Below are positions 18,342 through 26,528 of a stretch of 38,665 nucleotides of DNA, one piece after another (the stretch's first letter is position 1; each line of letters begins with the position of its first letter). The DNA comes from Verrucomicrobiales bacterium. GTDB lineage: Bacteria > Verrucomicrobiota > Verrucomicrobiia > Verrucomicrobiales > V1-33. A program made the position numbers and the translations under genes. The stretch is from positions 1-38,665 of the forward strand of contig JANOAV010000130.1 of the NCBI GenBank assembly GCA_031411295.1, read 5' to 3'. The notes beneath the pieces are model-generated. The model did no database searches, was not told the DNA's origin, and worked only from the letters and a program-made list of their open reading frames with translations.

Positions 18342-20006
18342 ATGAAACACCTGCTCCATTGCTTCACTCTCGCTTTTGCCTCCGTGGCAAATGCTGCGCC
18401 TGCCAAACCAAACATCCTCATCATCCTGGCGGATGATATGGGGTTCTCTGATGCCGGATGTTACGGCGGAGAAATTAAGACCCCCAACCTGGATCGACTG
18501 GCGGACAATGGACTTCGCTTTACCCAATTTTACAACACCGCACGCTGCTGGTCGTCGCGTGCGGCCTTACTCACCGGTTACTATCCGCAGGCGGTGCGGA
18601 GGGATAGAACCACCGACTTCGACCTGCCACCGGGCTACGGCAAGCCAGGGGCGATGGGGACCCGACCCGGGTGGGCGCATCTGCTATCGGAGTATTTGCA
18701 GCCGCTGGGGTATCGAGCCTATCATTCCGGCAAATGGCATGTGGATGGCAGGCCGCTGGATAATGGTTTCGAGCATTCCTATGAAGTGGGAAATGGAGAG
18801 GGCTACTTTTCCGCGAAGGGTTGTTCGGAGGACAATGTAGGCCTTCCCGCAGGGAAAGTGGACGGAAGCTTTTACTCGACCATTGCCATCGCAGACCATG
18901 CCATCAAGTATCTTAAGGAGCACGCGGCCAAGACTCCCGACAAGCCGTTCTTTCAATACCTGGCTTTCCACAGTCCACATTTCCCCATCCAAGCGCTGCC
19001 GGAAGACATTGCGGTTTACAAAGATCGTTACAAGGCTGGCTGGGATGCGATTCGCATTGAGCGACTGGCTAAGATGAAGCATATGGGGATTGTAAACTGT
19101 GCGCTCCCAGCGCTGGAACCGAACACCATACCGGCATGGAATTTGCCCGAGGAAACTCTGAAAAAGCGCATCGGAGCGGATGAAGTTGGTCATGCCGTGG
19201 CCTGGGACACGCTGAGTGCTAGTGAGAAGGAATTTCAGGCACTGAAAATGGCGGTGCACGCGGCCATGATCCATCGGATGGACCTTGAGATCGGCCGAGT
19301 GCTGGAGCAAATCAAAGCCAATGGAGCGCTGGAGAATACGTTGGTCGTGTTCGCGTCCGACAACGGTGCTTCCGCCGAACAAATCATTCGTGGACTGGGG
19401 GAAGATCCCACAGCTCCGGTAGGCTCGGCCTATAGTTATCTGGGCATCGGGCCCGGATGGTCCAGTGCCGCTAACACTCCATTTCGACTGCATAAATCGT
19501 GGAATCATGAAGGGGGTATCGCCACGGCATTCATCGTCTCCTGGCCCACTGGCATCAAGGCGCGGGGCGAGTTAAGAAAAGACCCCGGACACTTGATCGA
19601 TCTGGTGCCGACCGTGCTGGAACTCACGGGGGCCAAGACTCCTGCCAACGCCAACGAACTCCCCATCCCAGCATTTCACGGACGAAGCCTGGTGCCGGAT
19701 CTGGAGCGCGATGGTGCCGTGCAACGTGATTTCCTCTGGTGGAATCATGAGGGCCATCGGGCGATCCGCGTGGGTGACATGAAGCTGGTGGCTAAGCACG
19801 AGACGCCCTGGGAACTCTTTGATTTGAGCAAAGACCGCTCGGAAACAAATAACCTAGCGCAAGCCAATCCGGAAAAGGTGAAGGAGCTGGAAGCGGCCTG
19901 GAATAAGCGCGCCGCCGAATTTCATGAACTGGCAAAGCAAGATCCACCGAAGGCTCCGAAAGGCAAAGCTAAGGGCAAGGACACCGGTAAGGAATCTGCT
20001 GATTGA
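18342..20006 (+). CDS. Secreted arylsulfatase (AtsA-like) with CWSSR motif
   Basis: Signal peptide, ILADDMGFSDAGCYGGEIKTPNLD, CWSSRAALLTG, GKWH, SPHFP, SDNGAS. Confidence 0.92.
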   Translation: MKHLLHCFTLAFASVANAAPAKPNILIILADDMGFSDAGCYGGEIKTPNLDRLADNGLRFTQFYNTARCWSSRAALLTGYYPQAVRRDRTTDFDLPPGYGKPGAMGTRPGWAHLLSEYLQPLGYRAYHSGKWHVDGRPLDNGFEHSYEVGNGEGYFSAKGCSEDNVGLPAGKVDGSFYSTIAIADHAIKYLKEHAAKTPDKPFFQYLAFHSPHFPIQALPEDIAVYKDRYKAGWDAIRIERLAKMKHMGIVNCALPALEPNTIPAWNLPEETLKKRIGADEVGHAVAWDTLSASEKEFQALKMAVHAAMIHRMDLEIGRVLEQIKANGALENTLVVFASDNGASAEQIIRGLGEDPTAPVGSAYSYLGIGPGWSSAANTPFRLHKSWNHEGGIATAFIVSWPTGIKARGELRKDPGHLIDLVPTVLELTGAKTPANANELPIPAFHGRSLVPDLERDGAVQRDFLWWNHEGHRAIRVGDMKLVAKHETPWELFDLSKDRSETNNLAQANPEKVKELEAAWNKRAAEFHELAKQDPPKAPKGKAKGKDTGKESAD

Positions 20007-20147
20007 TACAGCCTCAGTAAATGGCCTCTGACAAGGACGTAAACTCACCCTCAGAAGGGGCAAGTGCTGCGGCTTAAAATGTTTGTCGGGAGGCGTCAAA
20101 TCAGAGAGACAGGAACGTGGCATCCCCCACCCTCCACCCGGCTCTCC

Positions 20148-23100
20148 ATGAAATATCTCCTCGCCTCTCTAGCCCTTTTGACCACCGTTTGCAGCGGCCA
20201 AACGATTCGCATTGCCCTGCACAACGGGGCCTCTACCACGAACGCGATGGTCACAGCCAATGCGCCAACGACACAGGGCAGTGTGGTGAAGACGAACCTG
20301 CACACGTGGAATAATGTGGCGCGCAATGCTGGCACCGTTGGCGGGGTGACCTACACTGGCGTAGGCCTGAACTTCGCTAACTTTGTGCTGAAACAGGAAA
20401 ATGGCGCGGACAGCCTGGCACGCCTTGCCATCAAGAATGCAGACACGACCAGCTTTGCCAACAATGGCTGGGGCTCGGCCAACAAGGACTATGTGATGAT
20501 GGAGGCGGGCTATCATTTTGGCACCACCACCAGCACGAATAACTCCCTCACCATCACAAATCTTCCTGCCTCCCTGCAAGCCACGGGCTACACAGTCACC
20601 CTCTATGCGGACATCACCACGGCTCGCACCATGAATTATCTGCTCAGCGATGGAGGACCAACGCAGACGCAGACGCTGACGCTGGCAGGCACGGCGGCAA
20701 ATTTTACGGGCACGTTCACCAAGGGGGTTAACTTCGAGCAATCCGGCCCACTCAGTGGAGCCACTTTGAATATCACCTTCGACTCCTCGCTCAATACTGC
20801 TGGCGGGGCCGCGGTAATTGGCGGCATCGTGATTCAACCGGTGCCCTCCGCCATCACTTCATTTACGGCCACACCTGCGAGCGTGGTTCCTGGAGGCACC
20901 GTCGCGTTGAACTGGATAACTGCAGGCTTCCAATCCTATAGTATCAGCCCCGCCGTTGGTAATGTGACCAACCAAACCGTCAACGGTTCGGGATCCATCA
21001 ATGTGGTCGTCAACGAACCGACCACCTTCACATTCACCGCCACTAATACAGAGACGAGTGATACGAGGAATGTCAGTGTCGGCATTTTGCCGCCAACGAT
21101 TACGAGCTTCAGTGCCAGCCCGGCTTCGATTACCGGTGGCAGCACCAGCACCCTATCATGGCAAACGAACGGCGCTAGTGCGGTTAGTATTTCGCAAGGC
21201 TTGGGGAGTCAGGCTTCAGTCACGAGCGGCTCGATCAATGTTAGTCCAACGCTATCGACGCTCTACACGCTCACGGCTGCAAACGCTTATGCTTCCTCTA
21301 CGAGAACACTTATTGTGACGGTAGACGGCCTGGCGATCCCTCCTCGCATCAGTGAATTTGTGGCCGAGAACAGCAAATCACTCGTGGATGGTGATGGCAA
21401 TAATTCCGATTGGATTGAAATTCAGAATTTCAACAACGTGCCGCAGGATATCTCTGGATATTTCCTGACAGACGTCGCCACCGTCCGCAATAAATGGGCG
21501 TTTCCGGCGGGCACGATGATTCCTGCCAGTGGGGTGCTGGTGGTCTTTGCCTCAGGCAAGACGGTGAGCAACTATGTCGATCTCGGTGGCAAATTGCACA
21601 CGAATTTCAGCTTAAGTAAGAACGGAGAATACTTGGCGTTGGTGGCACCGAATGGCAGCACCATTCTTCAGGAATTCGCACCGCAATTCCCCAAGCAATC
21701 CTCTGATGTTTCCTACTCCGCCGAAGGTTATTACCCAACCCCCACCCCGGGGGTCCCGAACACAGGACCAACGGTGGAGGGGATCGTGGCGGATACGGCG
21801 TTCAGTATCAACCGTGGTTTCTTCAGTGCACCAATCAGTGTGGCCATCACCTGTGTCACGCCCAGCAGTGCCATTTATTACACTACGAATGGCACTGCCC
21901 CAACGCTGCAAAATGGAACCCTCTACACGGCACCCATTAATATTGCCACGACCACTGTGCTCCGTGCCGCAGCCTTCCGCAATGGTTGGCTGTCCACCAA
22001 TGTGGATACCAACACTTACCTGTTCACCAGCAGCATCATCGCGCAAAACAATACGCCCGCAGGCTATCCCACCACTTGGGCCGGCAAGACTGCGGACTAC
22101 GAAATGGATCCACAGGTGATCAATCATCCGGATTACGTCGGCCAATTCGATGCCGCATTGAAGGCCCTGCCGACGCTCTCGGTGGTGATGGCACCAGATG
22201 ACATGTTCGGGGCGACGCAGGGCATCTATCAGAATCCCCTGAGTGAAGGCGACGCTTGGGAACGCCCTGCTTCGGCGGAATGGATCTCGCCCGATGGTTC
22301 GGAACCTGGTTTCAATATCAATTGCGGAATCCGCATCCAAGGCAGCAGCTCGCGGAGCCCGGACACGCCCAAGCACAGCCTCAGCCTGCGTTTCCGTGGC
22401 TCCCACGGCTCTGGGAAATTGAATTACGATCTCTACCAGGACAAGACTGCGGTAAAGGAGTTCGACCTGCTGCAACTGCGCCCGGAATACAACAACGGCT
22501 GGATGCACCGGCACTACTATCAATGCGCGATTGGTCAGTATAATCGTGATCAATGGGCCAGTGATCTTTACACCCGAATGGGCAACACGGGAACCCACGG
22601 ACGCTGGAGTCACCTCTATATCAATGGCATCTACTGGGGATTGTATGATCTTCAGGAACGGCCGGATGCCGACTTTTTCGCGTCCTACTACGGCGGGGCA
22701 GCAGAAGATTATGACACCTTGAATTCTGGCGTCGTCACGAATGGAGACGCCATTGCCTATAACGCCATGTTTACGGCCGCGGCAGGAAATATTGCCGACA
22801 ATGCAGTCTATCAAACCGTTCTCACCTACCTCGATGTCGATGCTTTTATCGATTACATGCTCCTGAATTTCTATATTGGAAACCGCGACTGGGACAGCCA
22901 CAACTGGAGAACCGGACGCAAGCGGCAGGCTGGGGCGGGCTTCCACTTTGTGCCGTGGGACAGTGAATTTGCCATCTCTCCTAACAACGCCGGGGTCGTC
23001 AGCCCGCCACTGGATATTACCGGGGCCCTGGCCACGGATGTGACCACTAGGAACACGGCTGGCAACCCCAGTGGACTGCATCAACGGTTGACGCTTAATG

Positions 23101-24419
23101 CCGAATACAGACTCCGTTTCGCTGACCGCATCCGCAAGCACATGCTCGATGGCGGGGCGCTCTCTCCGGCTGCGGTGACGGCCACTTGGCAGCAACGCTC
23201 CGTTTTGATTGACGCGGCTATCATCGCTGAATCCGCCCGTTGGGGTGACTTCCGCCGCGATGTGGATCCATCCACCTGGACGTCCGCGCAGTTTGCCCTC
23301 TACACGAAAAATGAGCACTACCTGCCCACGCAAGCTTACGTCATCGGCACGTATCTTCCCCAGCGCACCGGAGTGGCGCTGGGTCAACTCACAACGAGGA
23401 CGCTCTACCCATCCGTGACGGCTCCGAGCTTCAGCCAACACGGCGGCGTGATTGCGGCGCCTTATGCGCTAACAATGACAGCACCGGACGTCGTGCGTTA
23501 CACCCTGGACGGCAGTGATCCGCGGCTGGTCGGCGGGGCAGTGGCGCCAACTGCGGCTACTTACACTCCGGGCTCCAGTCCTGTGATTGTGCTGCCGGGC
23601 AGCACTCTAGTAAAAGCCCGCACGCTTTCCGGTGGGGTGTGGTCCGCACTTACCGAGGCCTATTTCCAAGCCAGCGATCTACGGATCACAGAAATCATGT
23701 ATCGCCCCACGGGTAATGGATTGGCGGAGTTCCTGGAAATTACGAACACAGGAGTTGCTGCCGTCAATCTCGCAGGATTGACCTTCACTCAGGGCATCGA
23801 TTTCGATTTCGCCACCTCCGCGATCCAGAGTCTGGCGGCCGGTGAACGCCTGCTTCTGGTGCGCGATCTCGCGGCGTTCCGAGCCGTCTATGGCAATGCC
23901 CACGACGGGAGAATCGCTGGGGCCTTCCAAAACAATACCGCCCTCGCTGATAGTGGCGAAACCCTCACGCTCGGCGACCGCACTGGAGCGAGCGTCATTT
24001 CCTTCGCTTACAGCGACGACGCCCCGTGGCCCACCGGAGCAGACGGCGGGGGCTATTCGCTGGTCTTCATTGCAGGCAATGCTAATTCCCCAACCAGCTG
24101 GCGGCATAGCAGCCTCACTGGCGGAAACCCTAACGGGAGCGACAGTATTCCCTTCCCTGGTGGCGATATCATTGGCTACTACCTAGCATCAAATCCAGTG
24201 ATAAATCCAACCGCGAACCGCTTTACAGTAACACGCCGGGCCCAAGCCGATGCCGCCAGCCACGTCGTCGAGACCTCCAGTAACTTGACGCAATGGTCGC
24301 CCAACCAACTGACATTGCTATCAGTCACTCCCGATGGCAATGGCAACGAAATGCTCACCTACGAAATCCCACCGGGCGGACCGCGGAGGTTCATTCAGGT
24401 GAAGGTCACGGTGCCCTGA
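20148..24419 (+). CDS. Large secreted CotH-kinase / lamin-tail / Fn3-associated protein
   Basis: ATG 20148 signal peptide; two Ig-like repeats (ITSFTATPASV / ITSFSASPASI); lamin-tail motifs ISEFVAEN..DWIEIQN and ITEIMYRP..EFLEITN; IYYTTNGTAP and RYTLDGSDP; CotH core HLYINGIYWGLYDLQERPD, DWDSHNW, FVPWDSE. Confidence 0.88.
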   Translation: MKYLLASLALLTTVCSGQTIRIALHNGASTTNAMVTANAPTTQGSVVKTNLHTWNNVARNAGTVGGVTYTGVGLNFANFVLKQENGADSLARLAIKNADTTSFANNGWGSANKDYVMMEAGYHFGTTTSTNNSLTITNLPASLQATGYTVTLYADITTARTMNYLLSDGGPTQTQTLTLAGTAANFTGTFTKGVNFEQSGPLSGATLNITFDSSLNTAGGAAVIGGIVIQPVPSAITSFTATPASVVPGGTVALNWITAGFQSYSISPAVGNVTNQTVNGSGSINVVVNEPTTFTFTATNTETSDTRNVSVGILPPTITSFSASPASITGGSTSTLSWQTNGASAVSISQGLGSQASVTSGSINVSPTLSTLYTLTAANAYASSTRTLIVTVDGLAIPPRISEFVAENSKSLVDGDGNNSDWIEIQNFNNVPQDISGYFLTDVATVRNKWAFPAGTMIPASGVLVVFASGKTVSNYVDLGGKLHTNFSLSKNGEYLALVAPNGSTILQEFAPQFPKQSSDVSYSAEGYYPTPTPGVPNTGPTVEGIVADTAFSINRGFFSAPISVAITCVTPSSAIYYTTNGTAPTLQNGTLYTAPINIATTTVLRAAAFRNGWLSTNVDTNTYLFTSSIIAQNNTPAGYPTTWAGKTADYEMDPQVINHPDYVGQFDAALKALPTLSVVMAPDDMFGATQGIYQNPLSEGDAWERPASAEWISPDGSEPGFNINCGIRIQGSSSRSPDTPKHSLSLRFRGSHGSGKLNYDLYQDKTAVKEFDLLQLRPEYNNGWMHRHYYQCAIGQYNRDQWASDLYTRMGNTGTHGRWSHLYINGIYWGLYDLQERPDADFFASYYGGAAEDYDTLNSGVVTNGDAIAYNAMFTAAAGNIADNAVYQTVLTYLDVDAFIDYMLLNFYIGNRDWDSHNWRTGRKRQAGAGFHFVPWDSEFAISPNNAGVVSPPLDITGALATDVTTRNTAGNPSGLHQRLTLNAEYRLRFADRIRKHMLDGGALSPAAVTATWQQRSVLIDAAIIAESARWGDFRRDVDPSTWTSAQFALYTKNEHYLPTQAYVIGTYLPQRTGVALGQLTTRTLYPSVTAPSFSQHGGVIAAPYALTMTAPDVVRYTLDGSDPRLVGGAVAPTAATYTPGSSPVIVLPGSTLVKARTLSGGVWSALTEAYFQASDLRITEIMYRPTGNGLAEFLEITNTGVAAVNLAGLTFTQGIDFDFATSAIQSLAAGERLLLVRDLAAFRAVYGNAHDGRIAGAFQNNTALADSGETLTLGDRTGASVISFAYSDDAPWPTGADGGGYSLVFIAGNANSPTSWRHSSLTGGNPNGSDSIPFPGGDIIGYYLASNPVINPTANRFTVTRRAQADAASHVVETSSNLTQWSPNQLTLLSVTPDGNGNEMLTYEIPPGGPRRFIQVKVTVP

Positions 24420-24439
24420 GCGACATTTCCCACGAAGCT

Positions 24440-25516
24440 TCACTTAGTTTCCGCTCCCGACACCGGCCCAATGGTGCCTCCAGCCAAAAACTCCGCGGGA
24501 GTGGTGATTTGCCGAACATCCGCCTTCCCGTGACTAACATTTTCCGCCCAGCGAACGATGCGGCGGACCAACGGGGAGGCATCCCAGCGAATATGTGAAA
24601 TGGGCGGAGTGCACCAACCGAAGGTCGGATCAGCATCGGTGCAGATCAAAGAGATTTGTTGAGGGACGCGGATCCCGGCACTTGCGAGATATTGCTGCAC
24701 AGCAGCGAAGATAGGAGCCTCCTCGATCAACATGGCGGTCGGCGGAGTGACGCGAAAGAGCGATTTGAGCAGCGCTTGAATCCCCTCCCGCGTCTCTTCC
24801 CAATCCGGCAGGTTAAAATCGCTAATCTGAATCCCGCCGGTCTTCAGTTCATTGATGAAAGCGGTCTCGGATCGCCCCAACTCCGGCAAGCGTCGGCCCC
24901 GCCGCGCCACGAGCACGACGCGCGAGTGGCCCAAGGCGATCAATTGGCGAGCCGCAGCCGCAAAGGCAGGGACTTTGTTGGGCCCGGCGGCAGCGATGGG
25001 CAGTCCTTCTGGTCGCCCAAACAAGGCGAAGGCTGGGGTCGGTTGCTGCGTGAACCACGCGAGCACATCCCTCGACCCAGCGAGGATAATCCAAGCATCG
25101 GCTGGAGTTTGCGCCACGAGTCGGCTGAGTCGGGGCACGTCCATTTTCAGTTCCGTCAGGGCCTTCTGGGCAAAGATGACGGTGTGCCCCGCTTCCACCA
25201 TGGCGTGCTGCAGTTCGACAATGTAGTCCAATTGGCGGTCTGTTTCTTCGTGGAGCAGCAGGGCCACCCGCATGGATCGCATCGTTTTGGAATTTGGCAG
25301 CGTAATGCGTCGTTTCTTCCCTTGCCCCTGCCCCACTAAAACCCCTTCATGTTCCAGTTGCCGCAGCGCTGCCTCGATGGTTTTGCGATTGATTCCAAGT
25401 TCTGACGCCAATTGATAAACCCCAGGAATCAAATCACGCCAGCGCCCGCGTTCAAGTTCAGCGCGAATGTGAGCGGCGGCTTGGGCAGAGACGGAAAGTG
25501 AATGCAATAAGGGCAT
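24440..25516 (-). CDS. Transcriptional regulator: GntR-type wHTH plus LacI-like ligand-binding domain
   Basis: N-terminal 'IPGVYQLASELGINRKTIEAALRQLEHEGVL'; C-terminal 'LGHSRVVL...PPTAMLI...GIRVPQQISLIC'. Confidence 0.85.
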   Translation of the reverse strand: MPLLHSLSVSAQAAAHIRAELERGRWRDLIPGVYQLASELGINRKTIEAALRQLEHEGVLVGQGQGKKRRITLPNSKTMRSMRVALLLHEETDRQLDYIVELQHAMVEAGHTVIFAQKALTELKMDVPRLSRLVAQTPADAWIILAGSRDVLAWFTQQPTPAFALFGRPEGLPIAAAGPNKVPAFAAAARQLIALGHSRVVLVARRGRRLPELGRSETAFINELKTGGIQISDFNLPDWEETREGIQALLKSLFRVTPPTAMLIEEAPIFAAVQQYLASAGIRVPQQISLICTDADPTFGWCTPPISHIRWDASPLVRRIVRWAENVSHGKADVRQITTPAEFLAGGTIGPVSGAETK

Positions 25517-25636
25517 GGCTGACTTTCCCGGAAATGGGGTATGTTGTCAAAGGTAAAACTACCTCACACGGGTAGCCAGGCTGGCAGAATAGTGTAGCCA
25601 TCCATGTGCTGCTAAGCTATACAGGACGTAATCCGC

Positions 25637-25753
25637 TTGAACTCTCTTCTCCTTTTCGCTGCTTTTCTGCTAGGTGCTACCAGCGCCATCGCTGCTGCCT
25701 CCCCGGCAGCCCGGCCCAACGTGATCATTCTGCTCTCAAAACCCTGCATGTGA
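25637..25753 (+). pseudogene. N-terminal remnant of a sulfatase gene (signal peptide plus first strand)
   Basis: LNSLLLFAAFLLGATSAIAAASPAARPNVIILLS followed by an abrupt KPCM*. Confidence 0.65.
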
Positions 25754-25793
25754 CTTGGGAAAAACAATTCGACTCGAAGCAAACACCACCACC

Positions 25794-26528
25794 ATGAAAC
25801 GCCTCCCCTACTCTCTTCTCATCCAGTCCCTAGCCATGGTGCTGCTCGCATTGGTGCCCTGGGTAAGTGCAGCCGATTCCGCCACCACCAAAGGCATCAT
25901 TGATCCCAGCAAACTGGAGCGCCCAGCGGATGCCGTCATTTTGGTGGGACCAGACAGTTACAATCTCGTGCCGGAAGGCTCGGAGCCAACACACTGGGTC
26001 TTTGCCAATGGGGTGCTCACGGCTTCGCCCGTTTGGGACAGCCTGCTAACCAAAGAACCGTATCGGGACTTCCGCATGCATGTGGAGTTCAACGTCAACG
26101 AAGGCAAAGACGTCAAAGATCGGGAGGCGGATGGCAATTCCGGCATCTACATCCAGCAGCGCTACGAAATCCAGATCCACAATTCCTTCGGGATTTCGGA
26201 AGCAGACTACCTGCCCAGTTATTGCGGCAGCATTTACCGTCAGAAGAAACCAGATCGCCTCGTGAGCAAGCAGGCCGGAGAATGGCAGAGCTACGATATT
26301 GTCTTTCGGGCCGCGCGCTTTGATGGGGATAAAAAGACTGAGAACGCCCGCATTACCGTTTATCAAAACGAGCAATTAATCCACGACGACTACCCCATTA
26401 AAGGCAAGACCGGTGTGGGAGAGAAGGAAGGCCCTGAACCACGGCCCATCAAGCTTCAGGGACACCACAACCCAGTCCGCTTCCGCAACGTGTGGATCCA
26501 AAATTTGACCCTTGACCCAAAACCATGA
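25794..26528 (+). CDS. DUF1080 / 3-keto-disaccharide hydrolase-family protein, secreted
   Basis: Signal peptide, DFRMHVEF, GNSGIYIQQRYEIQI, GEWQSYDIVFRAARF, PIKLQGHHNPVRFRNVWI. Confidence 0.9.
   Translation: MKRLPYSLLIQSLAMVLLALVPWVSAADSATTKGIIDPSKLERPADAVILVGPDSYNLVPEGSEPTHWVFANGVLTASPVWDSLLTKEPYRDFRMHVEFNVNEGKDVKDREADGNSGIYIQQRYEIQIHNSFGISEADYLPSYCGSIYRQKKPDRLVSKQAGEWQSYDIVFRAARFDGDKKTENARITVYQNEQLIHDDYPIKGKTGVGEKEGPEPRPIKLQGHHNPVRFRNVWIQNLTLDPKP

Noticed and set aside
21612..23441. 609-aa minus-strand ORF
   Set aside because: Antisense shadow of the CotH gene; no recognisable motifs; expected in GC-rich coding DNA.
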